NCBI GenBank assembly: GCA_964645975.1
Contig: CAZYAF010000022.1
Span: 187 to 64,186 of the forward strand
Length of the DNA stretch: 64,000 bases
Direction: 5' to 3'
Origin: an uncultured Acidobacteriota bacterium
GTDB lineage: Bacteria; Acidobacteriota; B3-B38; Guanabaribacteriales; CAZYAF01
The notes below the pieces were generated by a model that worked only from the letters and a program-made list of their open reading frames with translations, did not search any database and was not told where the DNA came from. Both the position numbers and the translations under genes were made by a program. How positions within the stretch are numbered: position 1 is the stretch's first letter; each line of letters opens with the position of its first letter. Shown piece after piece: positions 51,158 through 59,898 of this stretch.

Positions 51158-53044
51158 TTAATGGTAAATAGTAAGTTTATCACCTGGGAATATTTTTCTC
51201 TTTGCTGATATTCCATTCCAGCTGCAAATATCTTTAATCGTAGTATTAAATTCTTTTGCTATATCATAAAGGGTATCCCCTATTTTTACCTGATATATAA
51301 TTGGGCTTTTTCCATTTTTCTTTGTTGTCTTATAATTAGTATTCGATGCAACTGTTCCAGCCCACAAAATTAGCTTCTTCCCCGGTAGCAGTATATCAGA
51401 TGTGATATTATTCCATTGTTTAATGCTTGCTACATTTGTGCCATATCTTAAAGCAATCTTATATAATGAATCACCTCGCCTTACTCGATATAGGATCTTT
51501 TGACCCTTTTTGTAATTTCGAGCATATCTGGTGTTTGTAGTCTTCCATACAGGATAATATTCACCTCCTGCTGGGCCAATGGGAATCAATAAACTTCTTC
51601 CAGCTCTGATAATATGTTTATTGCTAATATTATTTGCCTGGCAAATTGCGCTAATGGAAGTTTTATAACGCCGCGCAATAATAGAGAGAGATTCTCCCGG
51701 TCTGACCAAATGCCTTCTCCAAGCAATACGTTTACTCTCTGGAATTGAACTTATTGCCGTGAGAAATTTTTCTTTAGTTCCAATTGGTATTTTTATCTCG
51801 TAATTTGAATATCCCATAGGAGTCATAAGTCTCCTCAATTCTGGATTAAGCTCTACAATCGTCTTTAATGATGTTTGGCAGCATTCTGCTATAACTCTCA
51901 AATCAGTACAACTCTTTATCTCCACTTTATCGTATTGAAGAGGAGAATTAGTGTTTACATTAAAACCATAAGATTCCGGGTTTTTGCTGATCATTATTGC
52001 AGCTATAATGGCAGGAACATAATTCTTCGTTTCCCGCTTTATATATCTAGTTTTGGCTATCCGCCAAAAATCTGTAGTTTTAAGTCTTTTTATTGCTCTT
52101 TCGACTCTATTTGCGCCTCCATTATAGCTCGCCATTGCCAGATACCAATCGCCAAATTGCTGGTATAAATCTTTGAGATGTTTTGCTGCAGCTCTTGTCG
52201 CTTTTTCAGGATCGCTACGCTCATCTACCCACCAATTTACATCAAGGCCATATAGTCTTCCTGTGCCCCTGATAAACTGCCAAATTCCTTTTGCACGAGC
52301 TCTGCTCAGAGCATGGGGTTTATATCCGCTTTCAACTAATGCAATATACACCAAATCCTGAGGTAATCCTTCCTCACGGAAAATCTGTTTTATCATTGGT
52401 AAATACTTTCCTGATCTTTTTAAACCTGCTTCAATTTCCTTTCGTCGCTCATTTTTAAACAACTTTATACAGGCCAGCACATATTTATTCATCACCATAG
52501 GAATATCGTAGGCGATTTCCTTAACTTCTTCTTTCACTGCTTTAGAGGTACTTTCAATAGTAGAGTTCTTACTATTTAAATTCAACTCCGCTATTTCATC
52601 AATTAAGGCTGGTTCTGAAGCTGTTTCAGTAAAACCATCACCCTGTTGCAGCCACTCCATCTCTTTTGCATAAATATCTTCTATAAATTGAAGATATTTT
52701 TCTTTTAATTCTCCTGACTCTTCTAAATCAATACTGGAGGTTAAAATATTATCGATTGATCTGTCAAAATAGAATTGTGCTTTCTTAAGATGACCCATTT
52801 GATAAGCCGCTTCTCCTTTTGCAAAATAATCCTCAGATGTCTTTATAAGGTCAACAACTTTATTCTCATCCTCAGATAAACTTTCTTCATCTGAAATATC
52901 TAAATTACTTTTTTTTGGATTATCAGAAAGGGATGAAGGCTTTTGCTGATATCCAGCACAGGAAAATAGGTAAAATAGCCAAAATCCTATTATAATAATA
53001 TATGCTCTTTTGAGCTTCATATTTATCCTATTTTTCAGCCACAA
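51158..53044 (-). CDS. membrane-bound lytic murein transglycosylase D-like (SLT domain + 3 C-terminal LysM)
   Basis: Lipoprotein-type signal (LFSC). SLT motif ..ESGYKPHALSRARAKGIWQF... Three LysM repeats (..YKIALRYG.., ..SIIARRYK.., ..YDIAKEFN..). Confidence 0.8.
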   Translation of the reverse strand: MWLKNRINMKLKRAYIIIIGFWLFYLFSCAGYQQKPSSLSDNPKKSNLDISDEESLSEDENKVVDLIKTSEDYFAKGEAAYQMGHLKKAQFYFDRSIDNILTSSIDLEESGELKEKYLQFIEDIYAKEMEWLQQGDGFTETASEPALIDEIAELNLNSKNSTIESTSKAVKEEVKEIAYDIPMVMNKYVLACIKLFKNERRKEIEAGLKRSGKYLPMIKQIFREEGLPQDLVYIALVESGYKPHALSRARAKGIWQFIRGTGRLYGLDVNWWVDERSDPEKATRAAAKHLKDLYQQFGDWYLAMASYNGGANRVERAIKRLKTTDFWRIAKTRYIKRETKNYVPAIIAAIMISKNPESYGFNVNTNSPLQYDKVEIKSCTDLRVIAECCQTSLKTIVELNPELRRLMTPMGYSNYEIKIPIGTKEKFLTAISSIPESKRIAWRRHLVRPGESLSIIARRYKTSISAICQANNISNKHIIRAGRSLLIPIGPAGGEYYPVWKTTNTRYARNYKKGQKILYRVRRGDSLYKIALRYGTNVASIKQWNNITSDILLPGKKLILWAGTVASNTNYKTTKKNGKSPIIYQVKIGDTLYDIAKEFNTTIKDICSWNGISAKRKIFPGDKLTIYH

Positions 53045-53231
53045 CAGCCAAGTTCGTATTATTTTATATCATAATAACACAATTAAGTCAATAAAAAGTC
53101 GTTTCATATTCTCCCAAATTTATGTTATTTATGTTAGAATAACACGTCTATAAATGTTATTGTGCAGTTAACAATTGACATGGAAATTATTGAAAGCATA
53201 TATTAATAATATCTCAAAAGGAGGGTAAATA

Positions 53232-54005
53232 GTGGCTAAAAGATTTAGCCGAAAAAAGGTTAAACAAGATGAGTTCGTTTCAACAATCGAAAAAATTTAC
53301 GAATTTTTAGAAAAACATGTTAAAAAATATGGAAAACCTATTCTTGGATCTCTGGGAATAATACTTTTATTCGGAGTAATAAGCTTCAGCATAAACTATT
53401 ATCGCACCTCACGAGAAGAAAAAGCTCAGATATTATTAGCTAAGGCTCTTAAACATTTCAATGCTGCAGTAATCCAACCAGGAGAAGATATTCCTCAAGA
53501 ATTGCAAGTGCCCGTATATAACACCGAAAAGGAAAAATACCAAGCCTCCCTAAAATATTTGCAAGAAGTAGTAGATAATTATCATTCTACACCCAGCGGA
53601 GCAATTGCAAGTTATTATCAAGGTCTAAGCTGCGCTCATTTAAACCGTTTTGATGAAGCCCAAGATAAATTCAGTCAGTCTCTGGATGATCCTCTTCCGA
53701 AAATAAACGTTCCTTTAGCTCGTTATGCTTTAGCGAGAGCTCATGAAGCAAAAAAAGAATATGAGCAAGCAATTAAACTGTATAGGAAAATCTATAAAAA
53801 AGATAGCGATTTCATACCTAAGGATGAAGCGCTCATGAGGATGGGTTTCTGTTATGATAAACTAAACAAAAAAGATAAAGCAATTGAACAATATAGAACA
53901 ATTGTTAATGAATATGAAAATTCTATATATAAAAGTGAAGCACAAAATAGATTAGATTCTATTGCTTCTCCAGCCTCAGCTAATAAAATCTCTGAGAAAC
54001 CATAA
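53232..54005 (+). CDS. membrane-anchored TPR protein (YfgM-like)
   Basis: GTG start after AAAAGGAGGG. One N-terminal TM (..ILGSLGIILLFGVISFSINYY..), then TPR-like helices. Confidence 0.5.
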   Translation: MAKRFSRKKVKQDEFVSTIEKIYEFLEKHVKKYGKPILGSLGIILLFGVISFSINYYRTSREEKAQILLAKALKHFNAAVIQPGEDIPQELQVPVYNTEKEKYQASLKYLQEVVDNYHSTPSGAIASYYQGLSCAHLNRFDEAQDKFSQSLDDPLPKINVPLARYALARAHEAKKEYEQAIKLYRKIYKKDSDFIPKDEALMRMGFCYDKLNKKDKAIEQYRTIVNEYENSIYKSEAQNRLDSIASPASANKISEKP

Positions 54006-54311
54006 AACCTCAACTTAAATATTTTAGTTCTATAAACGATAAATATTTAAGAAGATCATTCTCTTTTTTATTTCTTTTTAAGAAAGCTTTCTTGACAAGC
54101 TGTATAGTTGAGATACAATTAAATCAGAAATAATAAATGCAAGCTCAGTGGTAATAAATAGCTTCATTATATTGCATCATCTTTGGGTTCATTTTTTATA
54201 AAGAGGACAGAAAGTTTTGGTTTTCAACCTATAAACACTTTTGCTAAAATTATGTAAATAAATTTGATTTTAATTTCTAAGATGACATTTTCCAAATAAG
54301 GGGAGCTCATT

Positions 54312-55787
54312 ATGAAAATTTCAAAAAAATCTTATCGATATCATTTTTTACTTTTTTTATTGATAACTTTTTTATCTTTAACCTCATTTTGCATATCTCA
54401 TGCGGATAATTTAGTTTCAAATGTGGATGGTAAAATAAGAGTTGTCATATTGCATTATGGTTTAGGGCGAGTTGGAGGCTTCTGGTTCGATCAAACTATT
54501 TTCTTCCGAGATTTGATGGATAAAATGGACAAAGATGTTGCTTTTGTGATCTTAGTTTGTGATGATGTTAATGGCGATAGAGCAAAAGAAATATTAAAAC
54601 CCTATTCAAGGGAAAAGCTTTCTGATGGTACATCTCGAATTAAATTCCTAACAGTTAATGCAAAAACCAGTAGATTTTATCCCTGGGCACGTGATCCTTA
54701 TATGATATTAACAGATAAAGATGGCAATCTTATATTCCTGGATGCAGGCTATAATGAGACACCTTTCCCCATCACTAATTTCCATGAAATCTTTGCCAAT
54801 GCTAAAAGCCAGGTTGGCTGCATCCATCGCGGAGGAGGAAATATAAGAACCACCAATGAGGAAATGATAATTGGAATGGATACCCTTTTGGGACTAAAGA
54901 TATTTCCTCGTTGGATCAAATATGAAAATGTCGAATCATTATACTCTTTAGCAAAAGATGTAAACCGTGAAAACCTTCCTGCTTTTAAGGCCCGTTTTGA
55001 TGCTTATTGTAATTTTATCCATAAAGTTTTGGCCCCAGATAAAATGATGGTAATCCCTGGTAAAAAAGACTTTTTTGAAAGATTAGAAATAGAAAATTTT
55101 CCTTTTACCAGAAAAACGGTATGGAATACTGGTGCCCAACCAGCTTATCATACGGATGTTTATCTGGGCTTGGGACATATAGATGAATCGGGTAAGCGAG
55201 TTGTATTTATAGCTGATAGCAAATCAGGAGCTCAGATTGTAGAAAAAATTTCTCCCGAGGAACGACGGCAAATAGAACAAAATCTACCTGCTTTGCTTGA
55301 AACTGAGGGATTAACTGCAGCTGGTATGCCTCTAACCAAAGAACAAATCTCTGAGAGATTTCAATGGAAAAAGCATAAGCTACTAGACCTCTGCATAGAA
55401 AAATCATACAAAATAGCAGCAAAGTTGGACAATGCTGCAACGCATCTTGAAGACCTTGGTTATCATGTAGTAAGGATACCTTATCTTCCCAATGGTCTTG
55501 ATAATAGTGGTCGAAATGATGATGTTATGGGTATTGGCTTTAACTATTCTAACGTGCTGACTGAAGTCTACGGCGGTATAAGAAAAGTCTATGTTCCGGA
55601 ATTTGGATTTAAACAGTTAGATGAAGCTGCTGCTCAAGCCTATCGAGATGCTGGTTTCCAGACCATAACTATTAATGGCCTTATTATGCCAGGATTTACC
55701 ACCGGGAACGCCCATGCAGGACTCGATTGTCTCACTTCGGAAATTAGATTTCCTGTGCGCTGGGCAGATAAATACTATAAAAGATAG
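54312..55787 (+). CDS. secreted guanidino-group-modifying enzyme, agmatine deiminase / Porphyromonas-type peptidylarginine deiminase (PAD_porph) fold
   Basis: Signal peptide. Motifs YPWARDPYMIL (W.RD.GP-like), HRGGGNIRTTNEEMIIGMDTLL (like EGGSIEVDGEGTLL), LGLGHID, and the C-terminal GLDCLTSE candidate catalytic Cys. 491 aa. Confidence 0.5.
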   Translation: MKISKKSYRYHFLLFLLITFLSLTSFCISHADNLVSNVDGKIRVVILHYGLGRVGGFWFDQTIFFRDLMDKMDKDVAFVILVCDDVNGDRAKEILKPYSREKLSDGTSRIKFLTVNAKTSRFYPWARDPYMILTDKDGNLIFLDAGYNETPFPITNFHEIFANAKSQVGCIHRGGGNIRTTNEEMIIGMDTLLGLKIFPRWIKYENVESLYSLAKDVNRENLPAFKARFDAYCNFIHKVLAPDKMMVIPGKKDFFERLEIENFPFTRKTVWNTGAQPAYHTDVYLGLGHIDESGKRVVFIADSKSGAQIVEKISPEERRQIEQNLPALLETEGLTAAGMPLTKEQISERFQWKKHKLLDLCIEKSYKIAAKLDNAATHLEDLGYHVVRIPYLPNGLDNSGRNDDVMGIGFNYSNVLTEVYGGIRKVYVPEFGFKQLDEAAAQAYRDAGFQTITINGLIMPGFTTGNAHAGLDCLTSEIRFPVRWADKYYKR

Positions 55788-55998
55788 AAACTCTCCTTAA
55801 AATAAAAAGTTCACTATCATTTGCTGCTCATCATGAGCATAATAACGAAATATTTTTGTCAATGCATAATTATCATATAGTTATACTCTGAGCAATGCAA
55901 AAATGATAAATTTTTCTTTTTTGTATAAAACTATACATAACAAAAACAAGATGTTATAAATGATACTAACTGGATTTTTTTGAAATAGGAGGATAACT

Positions 55999-57474
55999 AT
56001 GAACAATAGCAATCGTACTCACCGCTCTTACATTAAAGTAATGTGTTTGGCTATTTTAATATTTTTCAGTTTTCTTCATCCTCTAAGTTCTGAAAATTTA
56101 GTTTCTAATGTTGATGGTAAAATAACAGTAATTATTCTACATTATGGCGAAGGCAGATATGGAGGATTTTGGTTCGACCAGATTTATTTTTTCAGAGAAT
56201 TGATGCATAAAATGGATAAAGACGTTGCTTTTGTTATTTTGATGGGAAAAGATGATAAGGCAGATAGTGCAAAAGAAACTCTTAAACCATATACTGAGGA
56301 AAAACTTCCAGATGGAACTTCCCGATTAAAATTTTTAACTGTTGATGTAAAAACGAGCAGATTTTATCCTTGGTCGCGAGATCCGTACATGATCTTATCT
56401 GATGAACATAATAATTTGATATTCTTAGATGCCGGAATGAATACCAATCCATTTCCCATAATTAACTTTAATGAGATTTTTGAGAATGCTAAGAGCTTAG
56501 CAGGTACTATTCATCGTGGAGGAGGAAATATTAGAACCACGAATGATGAAATGATTATTGGCATTGATACAATGCTTTCTATTGAAATCCCTACCAGGTG
56601 GAACTCCTATGTAGAAGATGAAACTCTCTTTTCGTTGGCTAAAAATCTCAAACCGGAAGATTTATCTGTTTTTAAATCTCGTTTTGAAGCTTATAGCAAT
56701 CTCATTCACAAGATTTTAGCTCCTGGCAAAAATTTGGTAACTCCAGGAAAAAAAGATTTTTTTTCCACTTTGGAGAAAGGAGAATTCCCTTATAAAAAGA
56801 GACGATGGACTACCGGTGCTCAGGCTTCTTATCATACTGATGTATATCTGGGTTTGGGGCATATAGACGATACAGGCACAAGGGTATTATTTGTCGCTGA
56901 CAGCAAGCAGGGTGCCCAAATTGTAGAAAAAATGGCACCTGAAGAGAGGCGTCTGGTAGAAAAGAAAATGCCTGCTATACTATTAGAAGAGGGCTTTAAT
57001 GCAGCAGGTGTTCCTATTAACGAAAGACAGATTACTGAAAGATTCCAATGGCATAATCATAAGCTCCTGGATCTTTGTGTTAAAAAAGCGCATAAATTAG
57101 CAGACAAGCTGGATAAAACAGCTCAACATTTGGAAGATCTGGGATATCGAGTGGTCAGAGTACCATATCTCCCCAATGGGCTTGATAACGACAGCTATAT
57201 CGATGGAGCCATGGGCATTAGTTTTAATTACTCTAATGTGCTTACCGAAGTTTATAATGACATTAAAAGAGTATACATGCCTCAGTTCGGCTTCAAACAA
57301 TTAGATGAAGCGGCCAAAAAAGCCTATCAAAAGGCGGGCTTCCAGACAATTATTATCAAAGGACTTGTAACCAATGCGCTCACTTCAAGTAATGCAAATG
57401 CCGGTCTTGATTGCTTAACTTCAGAGATTAGATTTCCGGTACGTTGGGCTAAAAAATATTATGATAAAAAGTAA
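55999..57474 (+). CDS. secreted agmatine deiminase/PAD-fold enzyme, tandem paralog
   Basis: About two-thirds identical (by eye) to the preceding gene. The same four motifs are conserved (YPWSRDPYMIL, HRGGGNIRTTNDEMIIG, GLGHID, GLDCLTSE). RBS AGGAGGA. Confidence 0.5.
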   Translation: MNNSNRTHRSYIKVMCLAILIFFSFLHPLSSENLVSNVDGKITVIILHYGEGRYGGFWFDQIYFFRELMHKMDKDVAFVILMGKDDKADSAKETLKPYTEEKLPDGTSRLKFLTVDVKTSRFYPWSRDPYMILSDEHNNLIFLDAGMNTNPFPIINFNEIFENAKSLAGTIHRGGGNIRTTNDEMIIGIDTMLSIEIPTRWNSYVEDETLFSLAKNLKPEDLSVFKSRFEAYSNLIHKILAPGKNLVTPGKKDFFSTLEKGEFPYKKRRWTTGAQASYHTDVYLGLGHIDDTGTRVLFVADSKQGAQIVEKMAPEERRLVEKKMPAILLEEGFNAAGVPINERQITERFQWHNHKLLDLCVKKAHKLADKLDKTAQHLEDLGYRVVRVPYLPNGLDNDSYIDGAMGISFNYSNVLTEVYNDIKRVYMPQFGFKQLDEAAKKAYQKAGFQTIIIKGLVTNALTSSNANAGLDCLTSEIRFPVRWAKKYYDKK

Positions 57475-57547
57475 AATTTTAATGAAATAAAAGCTAATTT
57501 TTTTATCTTGATTAAAGCTAAAAATATTTGTCGGAAAGGGGTATGCG

Positions 57548-58798
57548 ATGCGTTTTATTGCTGATTTTCATATACATTCTAAATATAGTCGTGCTACAAG
57601 TAGAGATATGGAAGTTTCTTGTCTGGCTCAATGGGCTCGCCTTAAGGGAATAGACCTTCTTGGAACAGGAGATTTTACCCATCCGGTATATCTAACCGAC
57701 CTTAAATCTAAGCTACATCCAACAGGTAACGGTCTTTTTACGCTTAAAAATGACGATTCCAATGTTCATTTCATACTCACTTCAGAGGTCAATAATATAT
57801 ACCACCAGGGAGGCAAATTACGCAAGATTCACACACTTATCTTTGCTCCGAGCTTTGATCTCGTTGAAGCTCTTAACCGCAAACTCGACCACTATGCCCG
57901 TCTTGAATCTGATGGACGACCCATTTTCACTTTTCCTGTAAGAGACCTTGTTAAGATGATAACTGATATATCCGATGAATTTTTTATCATCCCCGCCCAT
58001 ATCTGGACTCCCTGGTTTTCGCTTTTTGGTGCCAATTCCGGCTTCGATTCTATTGAAGAATGCTTTGGCGACCAGCTTAAATATATCCATGCTCTGGAGA
58101 CCGGCTTAAGCTCGGATCCACCTATGAACTGGCGGCTCTCCCAATTGGATGAATATTGTCTTGTTTCTAATTCTGATGCTCATTCACCCAATAAAATTGG
58201 TCGTGAGGCTAATGTGTTTGACTGCCCTCTGGATTACTATGAAATAATTGACGTTCTTAAATCAAAAGATAAAGAACGCTTTCTTTTTACCATAGAATTT
58301 TATCCTGAAGAGGGAAAATACCACTATGATGGTCATCGAAAGTGCGATATTCTTTTCTCTCCAGAAGAAACTCGAAAGCATAATGCTTTCTGTCCTAAAT
58401 GTGGCAAACTCCTCACAGTAGGTGTAATGAATCGAATTGATAGCCTGGCTGATCGACCAATGGGAGCCCAGGCACCTTCAGCTATTCCCTGTCGACATAT
58501 TGTTCCTCTACAGGAAATTATTGCCGAAGTTTTAGGCCAGGGACCTGATACCAAAGGTGTATTGATGGAATACCAGCGGATGATTTCCAGTTTAAAAAAT
58601 GAGTTCAACATCTTGCTTGATTTAACTCATGAGGAAATTGCTAAAATAACTTTACCTAAAATAGCAGAGGGTATTATACGAGTACGGGAAGGTAAACTAA
58701 ATATCGTTCCTGGTTATGATGGCGTTTTCGGAAAAATAAGCATTTTCAGCGAAGAGGAATCCAGGGAACAGGAAACCGAACAGTTAGGCCTCTTCTAA
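57548..58798 (+). CDS. endonuclease Q-like PHP-domain nuclease with zinc ribbon
   Basis: MRFIADFHIHSKYSRATSRDM..LLGTGDFTHP strongly recalls the archaeal EndoQ N-terminus (PHP His cluster). Downstream ..HRKCD..FCPKCGKL.. zinc-binding Cys. 416 aa is the right size. Confidence 0.5.
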   Translation: MRFIADFHIHSKYSRATSRDMEVSCLAQWARLKGIDLLGTGDFTHPVYLTDLKSKLHPTGNGLFTLKNDDSNVHFILTSEVNNIYHQGGKLRKIHTLIFAPSFDLVEALNRKLDHYARLESDGRPIFTFPVRDLVKMITDISDEFFIIPAHIWTPWFSLFGANSGFDSIEECFGDQLKYIHALETGLSSDPPMNWRLSQLDEYCLVSNSDAHSPNKIGREANVFDCPLDYYEIIDVLKSKDKERFLFTIEFYPEEGKYHYDGHRKCDILFSPEETRKHNAFCPKCGKLLTVGVMNRIDSLADRPMGAQAPSAIPCRHIVPLQEIIAEVLGQGPDTKGVLMEYQRMISSLKNEFNILLDLTHEEIAKITLPKIAEGIIRVREGKLNIVPGYDGVFGKISIFSEEESREQETEQLGLF

Positions 58799-58905
58799 GC
58801 AAGAACCGCTATCCCGCTAACAAAAATTTTTAAGTAAACAGACGACTTTATTTATTAAAATAGAAGCGCTAAGCATAAGATTCCGATATATAGATATACT
58901 GGATC

Positions 58906-59637
58906 TTATAAAAGGCTAAAATCTACTTCCAGAGTCATAATCACAGCAACAGGTTTGCCGTTTTTCATACCAGGACGGAATTTCCATTGCTTTAATGCAT
59001 CTATAGCTGCCTGTCCAAAACCAAAACGTTCATCAGGAGAATAAAGCACCCTAATATTTCGAGGTATACCATCAGTATCAATAATGGCCTCAAGAAAAAC
59101 CTTTGCTGTTATATGGGATTTGGTAGCCTGCTCTGGATATCGTGGTAATATTTCCTTGATTGCAATGGGAGGAAGTACATCGCCTCCGGGTTGATATACC
59201 GGACCCCATCCTTTTCCACCGGGAGCTGCATCTGGATAACCAAATTCATAATCTCCAACATCATCTGATTCTATAGCCCAGGGGGGAATTTCAGTAAGTG
59301 CAGGAGATACTGGTTCAGGTTCATCTGGTGTGGGGTCGGGGATAGGTATGATGTTTTTCTTTCTCTTTTTCACAACCGGAGAGCCTTTTTTGGGTGGTTT
59401 GGGAGGTTGATATATTTTATAGGGATGCAAATATACTATTTTACTTTTTGCACTATTTTCTTCTAATTTTTTTTCACTAACCTCGGGAAAAACTACCCAC
59501 AATAATAACAGATGCAATATTATTGATATAATTATGGAAATTTTCAGTGGTTTATTCTCTTCTGCTGAGGTTTGAAACAAGTAGCCAAATCCTACCGATG
59601 AATCTTTAGATTTATTGTTTACAGATCTATTATCCAT
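58906..59637 (-). CDS. TonB-family energy transducer
   Basis: N-terminal TM anchor, Pro/Lys-rich spacer (..PPKPPKKGSPVVKKRKK..), and a C-terminal TonB fold (..GKPVAVIMTLEVDFSL). Confidence 0.7.
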   Translation of the reverse strand: MDNRSVNNKSKDSSVGFGYLFQTSAEENKPLKISIIISIILHLLLLWVVFPEVSEKKLEENSAKSKIVYLHPYKIYQPPKPPKKGSPVVKKRKKNIIPIPDPTPDEPEPVSPALTEIPPWAIESDDVGDYEFGYPDAAPGGKGWGPVYQPGGDVLPPIAIKEILPRYPEQATKSHITAKVFLEAIIDTDGIPRNIRVLYSPDERFGFGQAAIDALKQWKFRPGMKNGKPVAVIMTLEVDFSLL

Positions 59638-59898
59638 TATATTTTTAGAGCCATTTAAATAACCATCTCTAAATTATAGCTCATTACTATATTATACCCT
59701 TTAAGAATAACAAATCAACAGTACAATGATGAGTATATTTTATGCACTATCATATCTAAGGCAATTTTCAGAATATCATATCTGCTAAACACTTCCAAAA
59801 AAGCATAAAAAAAGCGTTAAGTATGTTATGATAATCACATATAGTTATTGTTATAATTATTTATATAATTAACTATTTTTAAATAGAATTGGAGAGTA

